Of a stretch of 39,092 nt of DNA, positions 1 to 7,852 are shown piece by piece. Origin of the DNA: a virus; the IMG/VR virus record IMGVR_UViG_3300045988_134801. One strand, written 5' to 3'. The position numbers and the translations under genes were made by a program. Under the pieces are notes generated by a model that was not told the DNA's origin, ran no database searches, and saw nothing but the letters and a program-made list of their open reading frames with translations. How positions within the stretch are numbered: the first letter of the stretch is position 1; every line of letters starts with the position of its first letter.

Positions 1-119
1 CTTTTTTTGCTGTGCCGTTCCATGCCCATAACACACAACACAAAAACAACAAAAATAAATACATATATAAAAAACAATGGAACATTGGTTGTTTGTTTAT
101 ATATGGTTGGAATTCCGGC
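1..119. repeat. Terminal direct repeat (copy 1) showing circular closure or terminal redundancy
   Basis: Bases 1-119 (ctttttttgctgtgccgttcc...ggaattccggc) are identical to 38974-39092 by direct reading. Confidence 0.95.
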
Positions 120-319
120 ACTTTCGCTGTGCCAACGCTTTGGCACAGAATGGCACATGTGCCGTTTTTGATGGTGGGACCATGTTCCACCGTGCCAACC
201 TGTGCCGTTCCCATAGGTTTCCTCTCGAAGAGTTTCATCATGTTTGGAACAGCGCCCGCCATGCCAGTTGTGGCTGCAGTGGACGCTGTTCCCTTCTAAA
301 CCAGTCGAATTTGACGGGT
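1..319. promoter_or_regulatory. AT-rich tract flanked by TGTGCC iterons; candidate replication origin or control region upstream of the primase/helicase gene
   Basis: An AT-rich stretch lies at about 27-110. TGTGCC occurs at 11-16, 128-133, 158-163 and 201-206, and CGTGCC at 191-196. The inverted form GGCACA occurs at 142-147 and 152-157, giving the palindrome GGCACATGTGCC at 152-163. CTGTGCCGTTCC is identical at 10-21 and 200-211. No convincing ORF is present. Confidence 0.4.
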
Positions 320-1081
320 TTAGAATTCAGGCTCTTGTCCGCTGCCTACGCCGAGCGCGTTGACGACCTGGTCGACCGGCTTGCCGAGGAGTCCCGCGAT
401 CTCCTGCACGTTTTTCCCTACGGCCTGCAGTTGCGCGGCCTGCTGTTTTTCCTGCATGGTCAAGCCTGCGGGCTGACCGATCGTGACCGGCTGGCCATAA
501 GAGGCCTGTTGGGGCTGTTGCGGCGCGTACTGTTGTTGTCCTGCTTGCGGGTCGTTCATCGCGGTGGTGAGGTCGGCGGTCTTTTTCGGCGTGACGACGT
601 AGTCGTAGATCTTCGCGTCGTTGTATCCGCGGGTTTTCGCGGGCTGTGTACGGGCGAACGTGGCTTTCAGACGGTCGCCGACGTTCGGATGGTCTCCGAC
701 TCCGGCCTGACGGCATGCGAGACGCAATTGGCCGATGTTGTAGCCCTTCACGTACACGCCTCGGATGCCGCTGTCGCCGATCCGGTTGGGATCCGTCATC
801 GTGGTTTGCAGGTGGATGACGACCTGCGGTTTCGGCTTGCCGTTCGGATAATACAGTGGTTCGCCGGTGGTGAAGTCGGTCTGCTGCTCCGCGCGGATCT
901 CCACGATCTCGCCTTCGACGGAAGTGCCGATCGGATCGTCCTTGCTGAACGCGCTGGGCGCGCCTCCCTGCATCACGTCGTCCAGACTCAACGACTCCGT
1001 GGCCTGCTGCTGCGTCTGCTGCGGATGGTATCCCGCGCCGCCCTGTTGGCTGAATCCGCCGCCGTAGTTGTTTCCGTACAT
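320..1081 (-). CDS. Gln/Gly-rich protein with an acidic-aromatic C-terminal tip; possible ssDNA-binding (SSB-like) protein
   Basis: 253-aa ORF with a central beta-rich core (VEGEIVEIRAEQQTDFTTGEPLYYPNGKPKPQVVIHLQT). It has long Q/G/P-rich linkers and ends in EPEF, resembling an SSB tail. It lies next to the nuclease gene in the replication/recombination module. Confidence 0.6.
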   Translation of the reverse strand: MYGNNYGGGFSQQGGAGYHPQQTQQQATESLSLDDVMQGGAPSAFSKDDPIGTSVEGEIVEIRAEQQTDFTTGEPLYYPNGKPKPQVVIHLQTTMTDPNRIGDSGIRGVYVKGYNIGQLRLACRQAGVGDHPNVGDRLKATFARTQPAKTRGYNDAKIYDYVVTPKKTADLTTAMNDPQAGQQQYAPQQPQQASYGQPVTIGQPAGLTMQEKQQAAQLQAVGKNVQEIAGLLGKPVDQVVNALGVGSGQEPEF

Positions 1082-1084
1082 TGT

Positions 1085-2035
1085 TTATTCTTCTTTCTGT
1101 TCTGTTGTGTTGTTGTAGGTGGATTCCAGCAGGCTTGTGGCCTGCCGCCATTTGTCCGGCAGTGCCGGATATTGGTCTTGGTTCAGTTGGGCGAGGTCGC
1201 CCAGCTGGTCGTCCGGCCATGTGCCGCATTGGAAGCAGTGGGTCGGGCTGGTGGGTAGCGCGTGGATCCATGCGTCGCGCATGTCGGTGCCGTCCGATTC
1301 CTCGATGAGGTCGAGGAGGTTGGCCATGAGTTGCGCTCGGCCGAGCGCCCACTTGCCGGGTTTCGGGTCGAAGTCGAATTCGATCGGCAGTGCGTCGGCC
1401 AGGCTGACGCTGTTCCTGGGCAGGAAGTAGATGGCGTTCCTTTTGCAGGGTTCTCCGTCGTTTTCCAATCCGATGCCGTATAGGCTGGCTTGGACGCGGT
1501 ATTGTTGGCTTGGCCCGTTGGCTTTGACGTTGCGTAGCGTGGTCGTGCCGGTGATTTTCCAGTCGATGGTCATGCCGGTTTCCGCGTCGTACAGGTCGAT
1601 ACTTCCGTGGACTCGGCTCATGCCGTGCAGTCCGTGGATGCTGCCCACGTCGACGTGTCTTTCGGCTTCGAAGCGTTTCACGGCCCATGGTTCTCCTCCA
1701 TCGTCGTCCGGGACGGTGAATTCGTCCTTGCGCTTGTTGAACAGGTGTTCGAATCGTTCGTGGACGCATGTGCCGATGAATGGCAGCCATGCGGCCGACT
1801 GGCGTTTCTCCCATCCGGCGAGTCTGGCGGCGAGGCAGTGGAGGCAGTCGGTGCCGAGTTCGCTTGGCCCGATCTCCTTTTGCAGGCTGCGTGGCTGGTT
1901 GGCGATGTGCGCCTCGATGATCAGGCGGATTTCCTTCCATTCGTCCGATTCCCGCGAAGCGGATGGTGTGGCATCGACGTGCGCGGTGCCCATGTTGGCG
2001 TTCATGACTGTTTCAAGGTCGAGTTGTGAGCTCAT
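1085..2035 (-). CDS. PD-(D/E)XK nuclease, Cas4/RecB-like exonuclease
   Basis: 316 aa. Motifs present are D..IDWK (SIDLYDAETGMTIDWK), QxxxY (QYRVQASLYG) and flanking Cys clusters (CLHC...C and C-terminal CFQC). A strong SD (GGAAGGGTGGG) precedes the ATG. Confidence 0.8.
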   Translation of the reverse strand: MSSQLDLETVMNANMGTAHVDATPSASRESDEWKEIRLIIEAHIANQPRSLQKEIGPSELGTDCLHCLAARLAGWEKRQSAAWLPFIGTCVHERFEHLFNKRKDEFTVPDDDGGEPWAVKRFEAERHVDVGSIHGLHGMSRVHGSIDLYDAETGMTIDWKITGTTTLRNVKANGPSQQYRVQASLYGIGLENDGEPCKRNAIYFLPRNSVSLADALPIEFDFDPKPGKWALGRAQLMANLLDLIEESDGTDMRDAWIHALPTSPTHCFQCGTWPDDQLGDLAQLNQDQYPALPDKWRQATSLLESTYNNTTEQKEE

Positions 2036-2213
2036 ATCCCACCCTTCCGCATTCCTCGTCGAGACGGGCCCAGAGGAAAGCCGCCAAGTCCCCCGCCTCT
2101 TGTGTGTCGATGATGTAGGCTTCGTCCATGAATCCGGGCGCCTTGTCGTAATGGTCGAGCGTCTTGCTGAGCGCGCGGCCGACCGCCTCCTGGCTGATTG
2201 GAACGCGCGTCAT
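2013..2213 (-). CDS. Hypothetical protein (66 aa)
   Basis: The ATG at 2213 overlaps the upstream stop codon (ATGA). The ORF lies inside the coupled early operon. Confidence 0.55.
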   Translation of the reverse strand: MTRVPISQEAVGRALSKTLDHYDKAPGFMDEAYIIDTQEAGDLAAFLWARLDEECGRVGYELTTRP

Positions 2214-2542
2214 TCGACCACCAGACTTGCCGCACCGGTCTTCACGCACCCGCGCAATGCTGGCTCGCCGACCTGGCTGACGATTTCGGACAATGCCTTC
2301 GGTTGGATCCGATAGCAGTCGGCGTACTGTTGCACAGGAAAGCGCCGTTCGAATGCTCTGGCATCGAGGTTGCGCTTGCCTTTCCGGATTTTCACGGTCA
2401 ACGGTCCGGCCGCGTATTCGCCGGGCTCGCGGTCTTCCATGAGTTCGGCTTTCAATCCGTCGGCTTCTTCCTGCAGGTCGGCGATGCGGCTTTTCAGTTC
2501 CACGTACCGTTTGGCCAATGTTTCGAGGTTCTGCGCGCTCAT
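2210..2542 (-). CDS. Hypothetical coiled-coil protein (110 aa)
   Basis: Starts MSAQNLETLAKRYVELKSRIADLQEEADGLKAEL. An SD (GAAAGGA) lies upstream and the ATG is ATGA-coupled to the preceding ORF. Confidence 0.7.
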   Translation of the reverse strand: MSAQNLETLAKRYVELKSRIADLQEEADGLKAELMEDREPGEYAAGPLTVKIRKGKRNLDARAFERRFPVQQYADCYRIQPKALSEIVSQVGEPALRGCVKTGAASLVVE

Positions 2543-2715
2543 TTGCTTGTTCCTTTCACGATGATGCTGGTTTTGGTGGGGATGACGCTGGTCTGGTGGT
2601 GCGGGTAGGAGCGTCGGTGCGTTTCCACGACGTCGAACGCGGGCGTGGTTCGCATGGCCGGCCCCAATGGTCCGCACGTGCGGCAGTACGGCATGTGTCC
2701 CATCTGCTTGCTCAT
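2539..2715 (-). CDS. Small hypothetical protein (58 aa, contains CRTC)
   Basis: ATGA overlaps occur at both ends (2712-2715 and 2539-2542). A GGAGGA SD lies 7 nt upstream of the ATG. Confidence 0.5.
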   Translation of the reverse strand: MSKQMGHMPYCRTCGPLGPAMRTTPAFDVVETHRRSYPHHQTSVIPTKTSIIVKGTSK

Positions 2716-3554
2716 TCCACGTCCTCCACTGTCGATTGCGTCATGCTGTCGTCTTCGGTGGCGGGATTCGTTTCCTCGTACCGTCGGCTGATGATCACGG
2801 TGTTGCAGGTCCTTGGATTGCGTAGGAGCCGGCTGATGGCCGCGCCTTCCTTGACGACGTTCTGGCAAATGTCGATGCATTTCGCGACAGTTCCGGCAGG
2901 CGTGCCCATCAGACCCTTCTTTTCGATGGTCTGGTCCGCTTTGTCGATGAATGCCGCGGCTGCGTCGCCGATTTTGCTGGCCGCCGGGTAGAGGCTCGCG
3001 AGGTCGGCGCTCATGTCCTCGTCGTCGATGAGGGTCTGCACAACGTATTCACTGGTGTTTTTCATGGTGTTTTCTCCTATCTGGGTATGTATTCCTGTTT
3101 GAAATAGATGCTTGCCTGTGTGTGGCGTGTATGGCTGGCCGTGCCATGTGAGCGGATCGCCGCTTTTCCGTTTGCGTGGCCTGCCGTGCGTGCCAAGCAC
3201 GTACTGGTCGGGACGATGCACGTGCACGCTGGCTTCGATGATCTGCCGGTCGTCCATGTAGGCGACGCCGTTCAACGCGTCGGTGAACAGTTTCGCCAGA
3301 TTGTCCCAGTCGCGTCCGCGCCGTGTGGCCGTCCAGAATGTGAGCGTCAGGCAGACTGGCCCTTCGTAGGGTGGCAGGCGGGGATACTGGTTGCGCCATT
3401 CCGAGTACACGCGGTTCTCGGCCTCCCGGGTTTTCGCCGGGGTGATGCCGTGTCCCTGGTAGACGCGTGGACGGCCTTTCGACTGCGGGTCTCCCGGCAC
3501 GGTGAGTTCGCACACCATTGGCCATTCCGGCAGGCTTAATGTTTCGAGACTCAA
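2712..3554 (-). CDS. rusA: RusA-family Holliday-junction resolvase fused in frame to a 117-aa C-terminal module
   Basis: The N-terminal part shows RusA hallmarks (VPGDPQSKGRPR, DWDNLAKLFTDALNGVAYMDDRQI). The ORF-track start is TTG at 3554, and an alternative ATG lies at 3518 (MVCELTVPG). An internal AGGAGA-N7-ATG sits at 3063-3065 with no intervening stop codon. Confidence 0.8.
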   Translation of the reverse strand: MSLETLSLPEWPMVCELTVPGDPQSKGRPRVYQGHGITPAKTREAENRVYSEWRNQYPRLPPYEGPVCLTLTFWTATRRGRDWDNLAKLFTDALNGVAYMDDRQIIEASVHVHRPDQYVLGTHGRPRKRKSGDPLTWHGQPYTPHTGKHLFQTGIHTQIGENTMKNTSEYVVQTLIDDEDMSADLASLYPAASKIGDAAAAFIDKADQTIEKKGLMGTPAGTVAKCIDICQNVVKEGAAISRLLRNPRTCNTVIISRRYEETNPATEDDSMTQSTVEDVE

Positions 3555-3985
3555 TCCAGGTCACTCCAATCGGGTGTTCTGCCGGTGGCGAGGAAGCCTC
3601 CGCGTCGGGTCCGCGCGTTGACGAGCAATCCCATGCCGGCGAGCCTGTGCACGTCGCCCATCACGGTGCTCCGGGGGATGTTGAGCCGTGAGGCCACCTT
3701 GTGGCTGCTGGGCGTCACCCCTTCCATCTGCAGTGCGACGGTCGTCTCGTACACGCGTTGGATGCGTGGCTTCACGTCGATGTCACGCCGGGTGCGGCGT
3801 CTCATCCGCGTGATGTACTCGCGTTCGTCGTGGATGAGCCGGTCGAGGTCGATGCCGGTCTCCTGGCTCCATGTCTTCGGCGAAGTGTGGTGGCCGTGGC
3901 TTCGGGATGCGCCGTAGCGGATGCTGCCACGGTTGACCGGAGCGTACTTCGCGTGCAGTTGGAGGCTGGTCGCGCCGCTAGGCAT
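3551..3985 (-). CDS. HTH / winged-helix DNA-binding protein
   Basis: Start taken at MPSGATS (ATG at 3985, overlapping the upstream gene by 8 nt). A C-terminal HTH-like segment is SSHKVASRLNIPRSTVMGDVHRLAGMGLL. Confidence 0.65.
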   Translation of the reverse strand: MPSGATSLQLHAKYAPVNRGSIRYGASRSHGHHTSPKTWSQETGIDLDRLIHDEREYITRMRRRTRRDIDVKPRIQRVYETTVALQMEGVTPSSHKVASRLNIPRSTVMGDVHRLAGMGLLVNARTRRGGFLATGRTPDWSDLD

Positions 3986-4232
3986 CACTGTCCTCCTCCA
4001 TGCCGTCGTCCCTGGACGCGAACCGCACCACCAGCCACAACGCGGTGGCGAGATACACGCCCTCGACCACAAGCGCGCCCACAAGGCTACCGCCATGCCA
4101 GGTGAGCATGAGCGTCACGCTGGCGACGAGGCCGACGACCGCGAGCAGGAACTTGACCCTGCGCAGCGGATAGTTCGGCCGTTTCGCCTCGCGTTCCTTC
4201 CGGTCCTCGATACGGAAATCGTTGTCGGTCAT
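3978..4232 (-). CDS. Small membrane protein (two predicted TM helices)
   Basis: 84 aa with hydrophobic spans FLLAVVGLVASVTLMLTW and VGALVVEGVYLATALWLVV. A GGGAGG SD is present and the ATG is ATGA-coupled. Confidence 0.7.
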   Translation of the reverse strand: MTDNDFRIEDRKEREAKRPNYPLRRVKFLLAVVGLVASVTLMLTWHGGSLVGALVVEGVYLATALWLVVRFASRDDGMEEDSDA

Positions 4233-4459
4233 CTGGTGCCTCCCGTTTCGTTGTGGAGTTGGTAGTCGAATGTCTCAAGCTCGCCCGCGGTGATGGATGC
4301 GAGCGTGCAGGCGCCGTCGGGCAGGAGTTCCACGAGTTGGGCCCCGCCTTTCGGACTGATGCGAACCGCGTATCCGCTCATGCCAAGCATGACGATGCTC
4401 GCCTTCGGCGGTTCGGGTGGCGTCAGCAGCGTTTCCACGTCGATTCTCCTGAGTGCCAT
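4229..4459 (-). CDS. Hypothetical protein (76 aa)
   Basis: An AAGGAG SD lies 5 nt upstream of the ATG at 4459, and the start overlaps the upstream stop codon. Confidence 0.6.
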   Translation of the reverse strand: MALRRIDVETLLTPPEPPKASIVMLGMSGYAVRISPKGGAQLVELLPDGACTLASITAGELETFDYQLHNETGGTR

Positions 4460-4650
4460 CACAGCTCCTTGTTGATCGTGTCGACGATGAGATCCACGAT
4501 TCCGGTGACGTCGAGGTCGACGTAGCCGACGATGTGGCCGAGAGGCCTCATGGCCTTAGCATCCCCATCCGCGAACGCGTGGACCAGTTCGCCCCGTGTC
4601 TCGAACTCGTCGAACACTGCCTGCACGCAGGCCTTGCGAATCGTTTTCAT
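4459..4650 (-). CDS. Hypothetical protein (63 aa)
   Basis: AAGGAG SD upstream; ATGA coupling with the upstream gene. Confidence 0.6.
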   Translation of the reverse strand: MKTIRKACVQAVFDEFETRGELVHAFADGDAKAMRPLGHIVGYVDLDVTGIVDLIVDTINKEL

Positions 4651-4892
4651 GCCGACTCCTTTCCCTCGTATTCACATGTGCTCTGGTAGAGGTGTTCCTT
4701 GAAGTAGGCGATCATCGGCTCCTTCGGATACATGACGGTCCGTCCGACCTTCACGAACTTCGGGCCGATTCCCGCACCACGCCAGTACGCCAAGGTGCCC
4801 TCCTTGATGCCGCAACGGTCCGCGATGTCCTTCGTCGTGTTCATCGGTTTCAGGACCTCAGCGAGCGCAGCGAACGTCGTATCGTCTTCCAT
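4647..4892 (-). CDS. Excisionase/AlpA-family HTH DNA-binding protein
   Basis: Contains TKDIADRCGIKEGTLAYWRGAGIGPKFVKVGRTVMYPKEPMIAYF, which is typical of the HTH_17/excisionase fold. An AAGGAGG SD lies 6 nt upstream of the ATG at 4892. Confidence 0.7.
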   Translation of the reverse strand: MEDDTTFAALAEVLKPMNTTKDIADRCGIKEGTLAYWRGAGIGPKFVKVGRTVMYPKEPMIAYFKEHLYQSTCEYEGKESA

Positions 4893-5012
4893 CACGCGCC
4901 TCCTTTGCGTATGTGATGCCGGGCGGCGTTAGGAGAACCGCCCGGCCCCCTCCTAAAATCGGTGTCATCCCGCATATGCGACGTGCGGGCCGAACAGTTA
5001 GGAGAAGAATCA

Positions 5013-5690
5013 ATGTCGAATGCAGCCGAATACCTACTGCAGTTTTTTGAGGTCGAGCAGCAGCCCGACGGATTCCGGAAGGACGTGCTGTCCGCATACA
5101 CGGCCATGTGCAGCACCGAAAGAACACTTGATACGCTGATCGCCCGTGGCGTGAAACGTCTCGACATGGCGAAATCACAGATGCCCGGTATTTGGAAAGC
5201 CTTGTGGGAATCATTCTCGGAGGACGCGAACGGATATCGTATGAACTTCAGCACGTTGGCCGGTGCGACCGATAGGTTGGATGCCGCGGCGGTTCTGGCT
5301 TTGCAGACCATCGCCGACAGGTGGGTAGAGCTGGATGTGCGGATGGAGGACAAGGACAGGGAGAACATCTCCGGCTTCCTTTCTGAAATCGAGCAGTGCC
5401 TGAAAGAGGATGTGAGCATGCCAGCGGCGTTGAAGTCGTATGTGCTTAATCTCACGACCGAGGTTCGCCGATGCGTCAACGATTGGGAGAGCTGCGGCTC
5501 GTTCGAGCTCAATGACGCCATGCAGCGTCTGCTTGGAGCCTTGTACATCGCCGAATCGCACACCAAGGACCAATCCCGCTGGCAGAAGATCAAGGAGAAA
5601 TACATGGGTGGGATGTTCGCTGATTTCATCGTTCAGATTCCCGCTCTTGCTCTCGCGGCGGTTCCGTACATAGCCCAGATCGGCGCATGA
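5013..5690 (+). CDS. All-helical protein with a C-terminal TM anchor; orphan accessory (moron-like) gene antisense to the early operon
   Basis: AGGAGAAG SD upstream of the ATG at 5013; 225 aa. The hydrophobic C-terminus is FADFIVQIPALALAAVPYIAQIGA. It lies on the opposite strand to the flanking early genes and has lower GC than its surroundings. Confidence 0.6.
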   Translation: MSNAAEYLLQFFEVEQQPDGFRKDVLSAYTAMCSTERTLDTLIARGVKRLDMAKSQMPGIWKALWESFSEDANGYRMNFSTLAGATDRLDAAAVLALQTIADRWVELDVRMEDKDRENISGFLSEIEQCLKEDVSMPAALKSYVLNLTTEVRRCVNDWESCGSFELNDAMQRLLGALYIAESHTKDQSRWQKIKEKYMGGMFADFIVQIPALALAAVPYIAQIGA

Positions 5691-5889
5691 GCAGGTAGTT
5701 CCTGTTCAGTTCCCGCAGCATCACCCATCTAGTGCCAATCTGCAATCCGTTGAGCAGAAGGGAGCAGCCAAGAAGAATCTGGAATTGATTCAGAGATTTG
5801 AGTCCACAGGCAAACATCCAGATTCCGGATATCGCGCAGATGATGGACGCCACCACGCTAAGAGCGCTTGGCTTGGTTGCAACAATCAT
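5626..5889 (-). CDS. Small membrane protein (two predicted TM helices)
   Basis: Hydrophobic spans are SALSVVASIICAISGIWMFACGL and ILLGCSLLLNGLQIG. The ATG at 5889 overlaps the upstream stop (TGATG) and is preceded by GGGGGA. Its 3' end overlaps the convergent + gene by about 65 nt. Confidence 0.5.
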   Translation of the reverse strand: MIVATKPSALSVVASIICAISGIWMFACGLKSLNQFQILLGCSLLLNGLQIGTRWVMLRELNRNYLLMRRSGLCTEPPREQERESER

Positions 5890-6092
5890 CACTCATCCCC
5901 CAACATCGTCATGAATTCCCTCGAGTCCACTTCGGCAATCGCGGGGAAGATTACGAACGCCTTCCCGTCGCCTAAGAGCTCGACTCTGATCGGGTCGTCC
6001 GTTATCCATTTGCCGGAATGCGCGAAGAGATAGTCACTGATACGCTTCGCTTTTCTCTGCGGAATGTTGTTGATTTCAAGACACGCGCTCAT
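5889..6092 (-). CDS. Hypothetical protein (67 aa)
   Basis: ATGA coupling to the antirepressor stop codon at 6092. Confidence 0.55.
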   Translation of the reverse strand: MSACLEINNIPQRKAKRISDYLFAHSGKWITDDPIRVELLGDGKAFVIFPAIAEVDSREFMTMLGDE

Positions 6093-6862
6093 CACGCACC
6101 CGCTTCCTGTGTTGGTTTCGCGAGGAACAGTTTGGCGAAATACGTCTGCCCCTTGCCGGTCATCTTCGGCGTCTTGTTGATCGTGGTGTGCCCGTCCGAG
6201 TGGCTGATGGTCGTCTCCTTGACCTCGAACAGGTGAAGGTCCATCGCCTTCTGTGTGGGCATGTTCCAACTGGAGCCCTTGGCCTTGATGAGCCATCCAT
6301 GCTCGCGGAGCCAGGCGAACAGGCGCCGTGGGCCGATGTCGATGCCGTTGCTTTTCAGGATCTTCGCGAAATCGCCCACAAGGATGGACGTCCTCGCGGT
6401 TTCGACCGCGTTGGCGAACAGGACCTTGCCTTCCTGGGCTTTGAGCTGTTTGGCTTGTTCGTCGACCTTGGATTGCAGCCATCGCATGCTGGCCAACGCC
6501 ATCTGTTCCGGTGTCATCCGTTCCTGGCCGGCCATATAGCCGCCGTGCTTGCGGATGGACGGCAGCACCTCATGCGTCACCCAACGCTGGAACTCCTTGG
6601 CCTCCGGCTTCCGAGACTTCATCACAAGACGGTAAAGACCAGGCTCGGAGATGATGAGCGGAGCTTTACCGCCATTCTGAGCAATGTGGATACTATCCAC
6701 ATTGGTGATTTCATCAGACTCAAGAATCTTGTGTAAGTCCCTTGTATCTGTCCCGAGGATGTCGCATACGTCCTTGGCGACGAACCAGGGCTCCCCCGCC
6801 TTATCGGTCAGGGTGCGCAATGAGGCGCCCTTGAAATCGAACTTCTGGATTTCATTGTTCAT
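6092..6862 (-). CDS. Phage antirepressor (Bro-N domain plus KilAC/ANT-like C-terminal domain)
   Basis: The N-terminus is Bro-N-like (FDFKGASLRTLTDKAGEPWFVAKDVCDILG...EFQRWVTHEVLPSIRKHGGY). The C-terminus is KilAC-like (ILVGDFAKILKSNGIDIGPRRLFAWLREHGWL). A GGGAGAA SD precedes the ATG at 6862. Confidence 0.85.
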   Translation of the reverse strand: MNNEIQKFDFKGASLRTLTDKAGEPWFVAKDVCDILGTDTRDLHKILESDEITNVDSIHIAQNGGKAPLIISEPGLYRLVMKSRKPEAKEFQRWVTHEVLPSIRKHGGYMAGQERMTPEQMALASMRWLQSKVDEQAKQLKAQEGKVLFANAVETARTSILVGDFAKILKSNGIDIGPRRLFAWLREHGWLIKAKGSSWNMPTQKAMDLHLFEVKETTISHSDGHTTINKTPKMTGKGQTYFAKLFLAKPTQEAGA

Positions 6863-6886
6863 TGGATTCTCCCTAGAATCGAGTTT

Positions 6887-7363
6887 GTGAATAGTTTTCT
6901 TGAGGATCCGGCAGGCTGGGCTTCGACCATCATCGCCGGAGCGTCTTTGGCGTGGAACGTTCTGCAGCAGTTTCAAATCCACTCCATTCGCCGTAGGGAC
7001 GATTTGTCCCAAACCGATTTGGAGCCTTTTCTTGATTCCACGTCGAACAGCATCGTGTATTTCCGGCTTGTTGGACCTCTGACGATGTATGACGTCCGAA
7101 TCCCACCTCAGGCAACGTTCGGAACAAGCCCCTATACGCCGCTGTTGGCCAAGCGGTTGAGACCGAATCAGATCTGCCATACCGGCTTCACCGGCGAGAA
7201 TGCGGTGCTGCTACTTCCCGATGATTTCGAGATTGAGTGGCGGTCGTCCCACATGTCGCGCAGTCATAAGATTCGTGTATCTCTGACCGAGATAAAGAAG
7301 GAGGCGTGGAACCGCAGCTCGAAGAGTGTTCGGCAGATTCGCGAGAGGGCTTCGAGGCCGTAA
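6887..7363 (+). CDS. Hypothetical N-terminally anchored protein (GTG start); gene call uncertain
   Basis: 158-codon ORF across 300 bp that is otherwise gene-free. Third-position GC, counted by hand, is about 63-71% against about 46% for the competing - frame in the overlap. The SD is weak. It converges on and overlaps ORF 7188-7793 by 176 nt. Confidence 0.4.
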   Translation: MNSFLEDPAGWASTIIAGASLAWNVLQQFQIHSIRRRDDLSQTDLEPFLDSTSNSIVYFRLVGPLTMYDVRIPPQATFGTSPYTPLLAKRLRPNQICHTGFTGENAVLLLPDDFEIEWRSSHMSRSHKIRVSLTEIKKEAWNRSSKSVRQIRERASRP

Positions 7364-7793
7364 CCAACGGTTCTGCATCAGTCGCGTTCTCGTGGCGATG
7401 AGTCAACGAATCGAATATGCCACGCAAGGTCGCACACAAACCGGAATGACGCTTCCTGCGGGCGAGATGCCATCCCGCATCAACGCCAGCGAGATAAAAC
7501 CACGCATCACCGAAGCTGCATGGGCCGTAACTTGATTCGTCGGTGACCACATCGAAATAGCCGGCCTGCTTCACGTCGTCAATCCAGTATTCGGATGGAA
7601 GCACATCAAGGCATGGCCCTCCGTCCGCTTCGATGGTGCGGCATTTCCAGATGAGACGCTTGAAATCGCCAGCGTTCCCCGGCTCTTTCGGAATGCTCTT
7701 ATCCATCCCCGTGCAGCCGTTGCCGAAGTCGACCCGTTCGAGCGGTTCACCTGGAATCCATTCTCGAACGTCGGATCTCTTCATCTTCCTCAT
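7188..7793 (-). CDS. Hypothetical protein (201 aa)
   Basis: AAGGAGAA SD upstream of the ATG at 7793. The N-terminal 130 aa look protein-like (LIWKCRTIEADGGPCLDVLPSEYWIDDVKQAGYFDVV). The C-terminal tail is low-complexity and overlaps the + ORF. Confidence 0.55.
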   Translation of the reverse strand: MRKMKRSDVREWIPGEPLERVDFGNGCTGMDKSIPKEPGNAGDFKRLIWKCRTIEADGGPCLDVLPSEYWIDDVKQAGYFDVVTDESSYGPCSFGDAWFYLAGVDAGWHLARRKRHSGLCATLRGIFDSLTHRHENATDAEPLVTASKPSRESAEHSSSCGSTPPSLSRSEIHESYDCATCGTTATQSRNHREVAAPHSRR

Positions 7794-7815
7794 TTCGGAT
7801 TCTCCTTTCGATTCA
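7791..7815. repeat. 25-bp junction module, copy 1 (stop codon, SD and ATG of a - strand gene)
   Basis: catttcggattctcctttcgattca is identical to 8420-8444. Similarity continues imperfectly for about 30 more bp (gcgagcgccgcttgc versus gcaagcgccgactgc). Confidence 0.9.
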
Positions 7816-7852
7816 CTCTTCGGCGAGCGCCGCTTGCTTTTTCGAAGCACTC

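Noticed and set aside
327-1940. 537-aa - strand ORF, extremely Arg/Pro/His-rich
   Set aside because: It is an off-frame shadow of the two real genes 320-1081 and 1085-2035. Its composition is typical of alternative frames in high-GC DNA, and it has no SD.
6863-7180. N-terminal extension of the antirepressor ORF (the track gives 6092-7180)
   Set aside because: The extension is Arg-rich and non-protein-like. A good SD and ATG lie at 6862, directly before the Bro-N domain.
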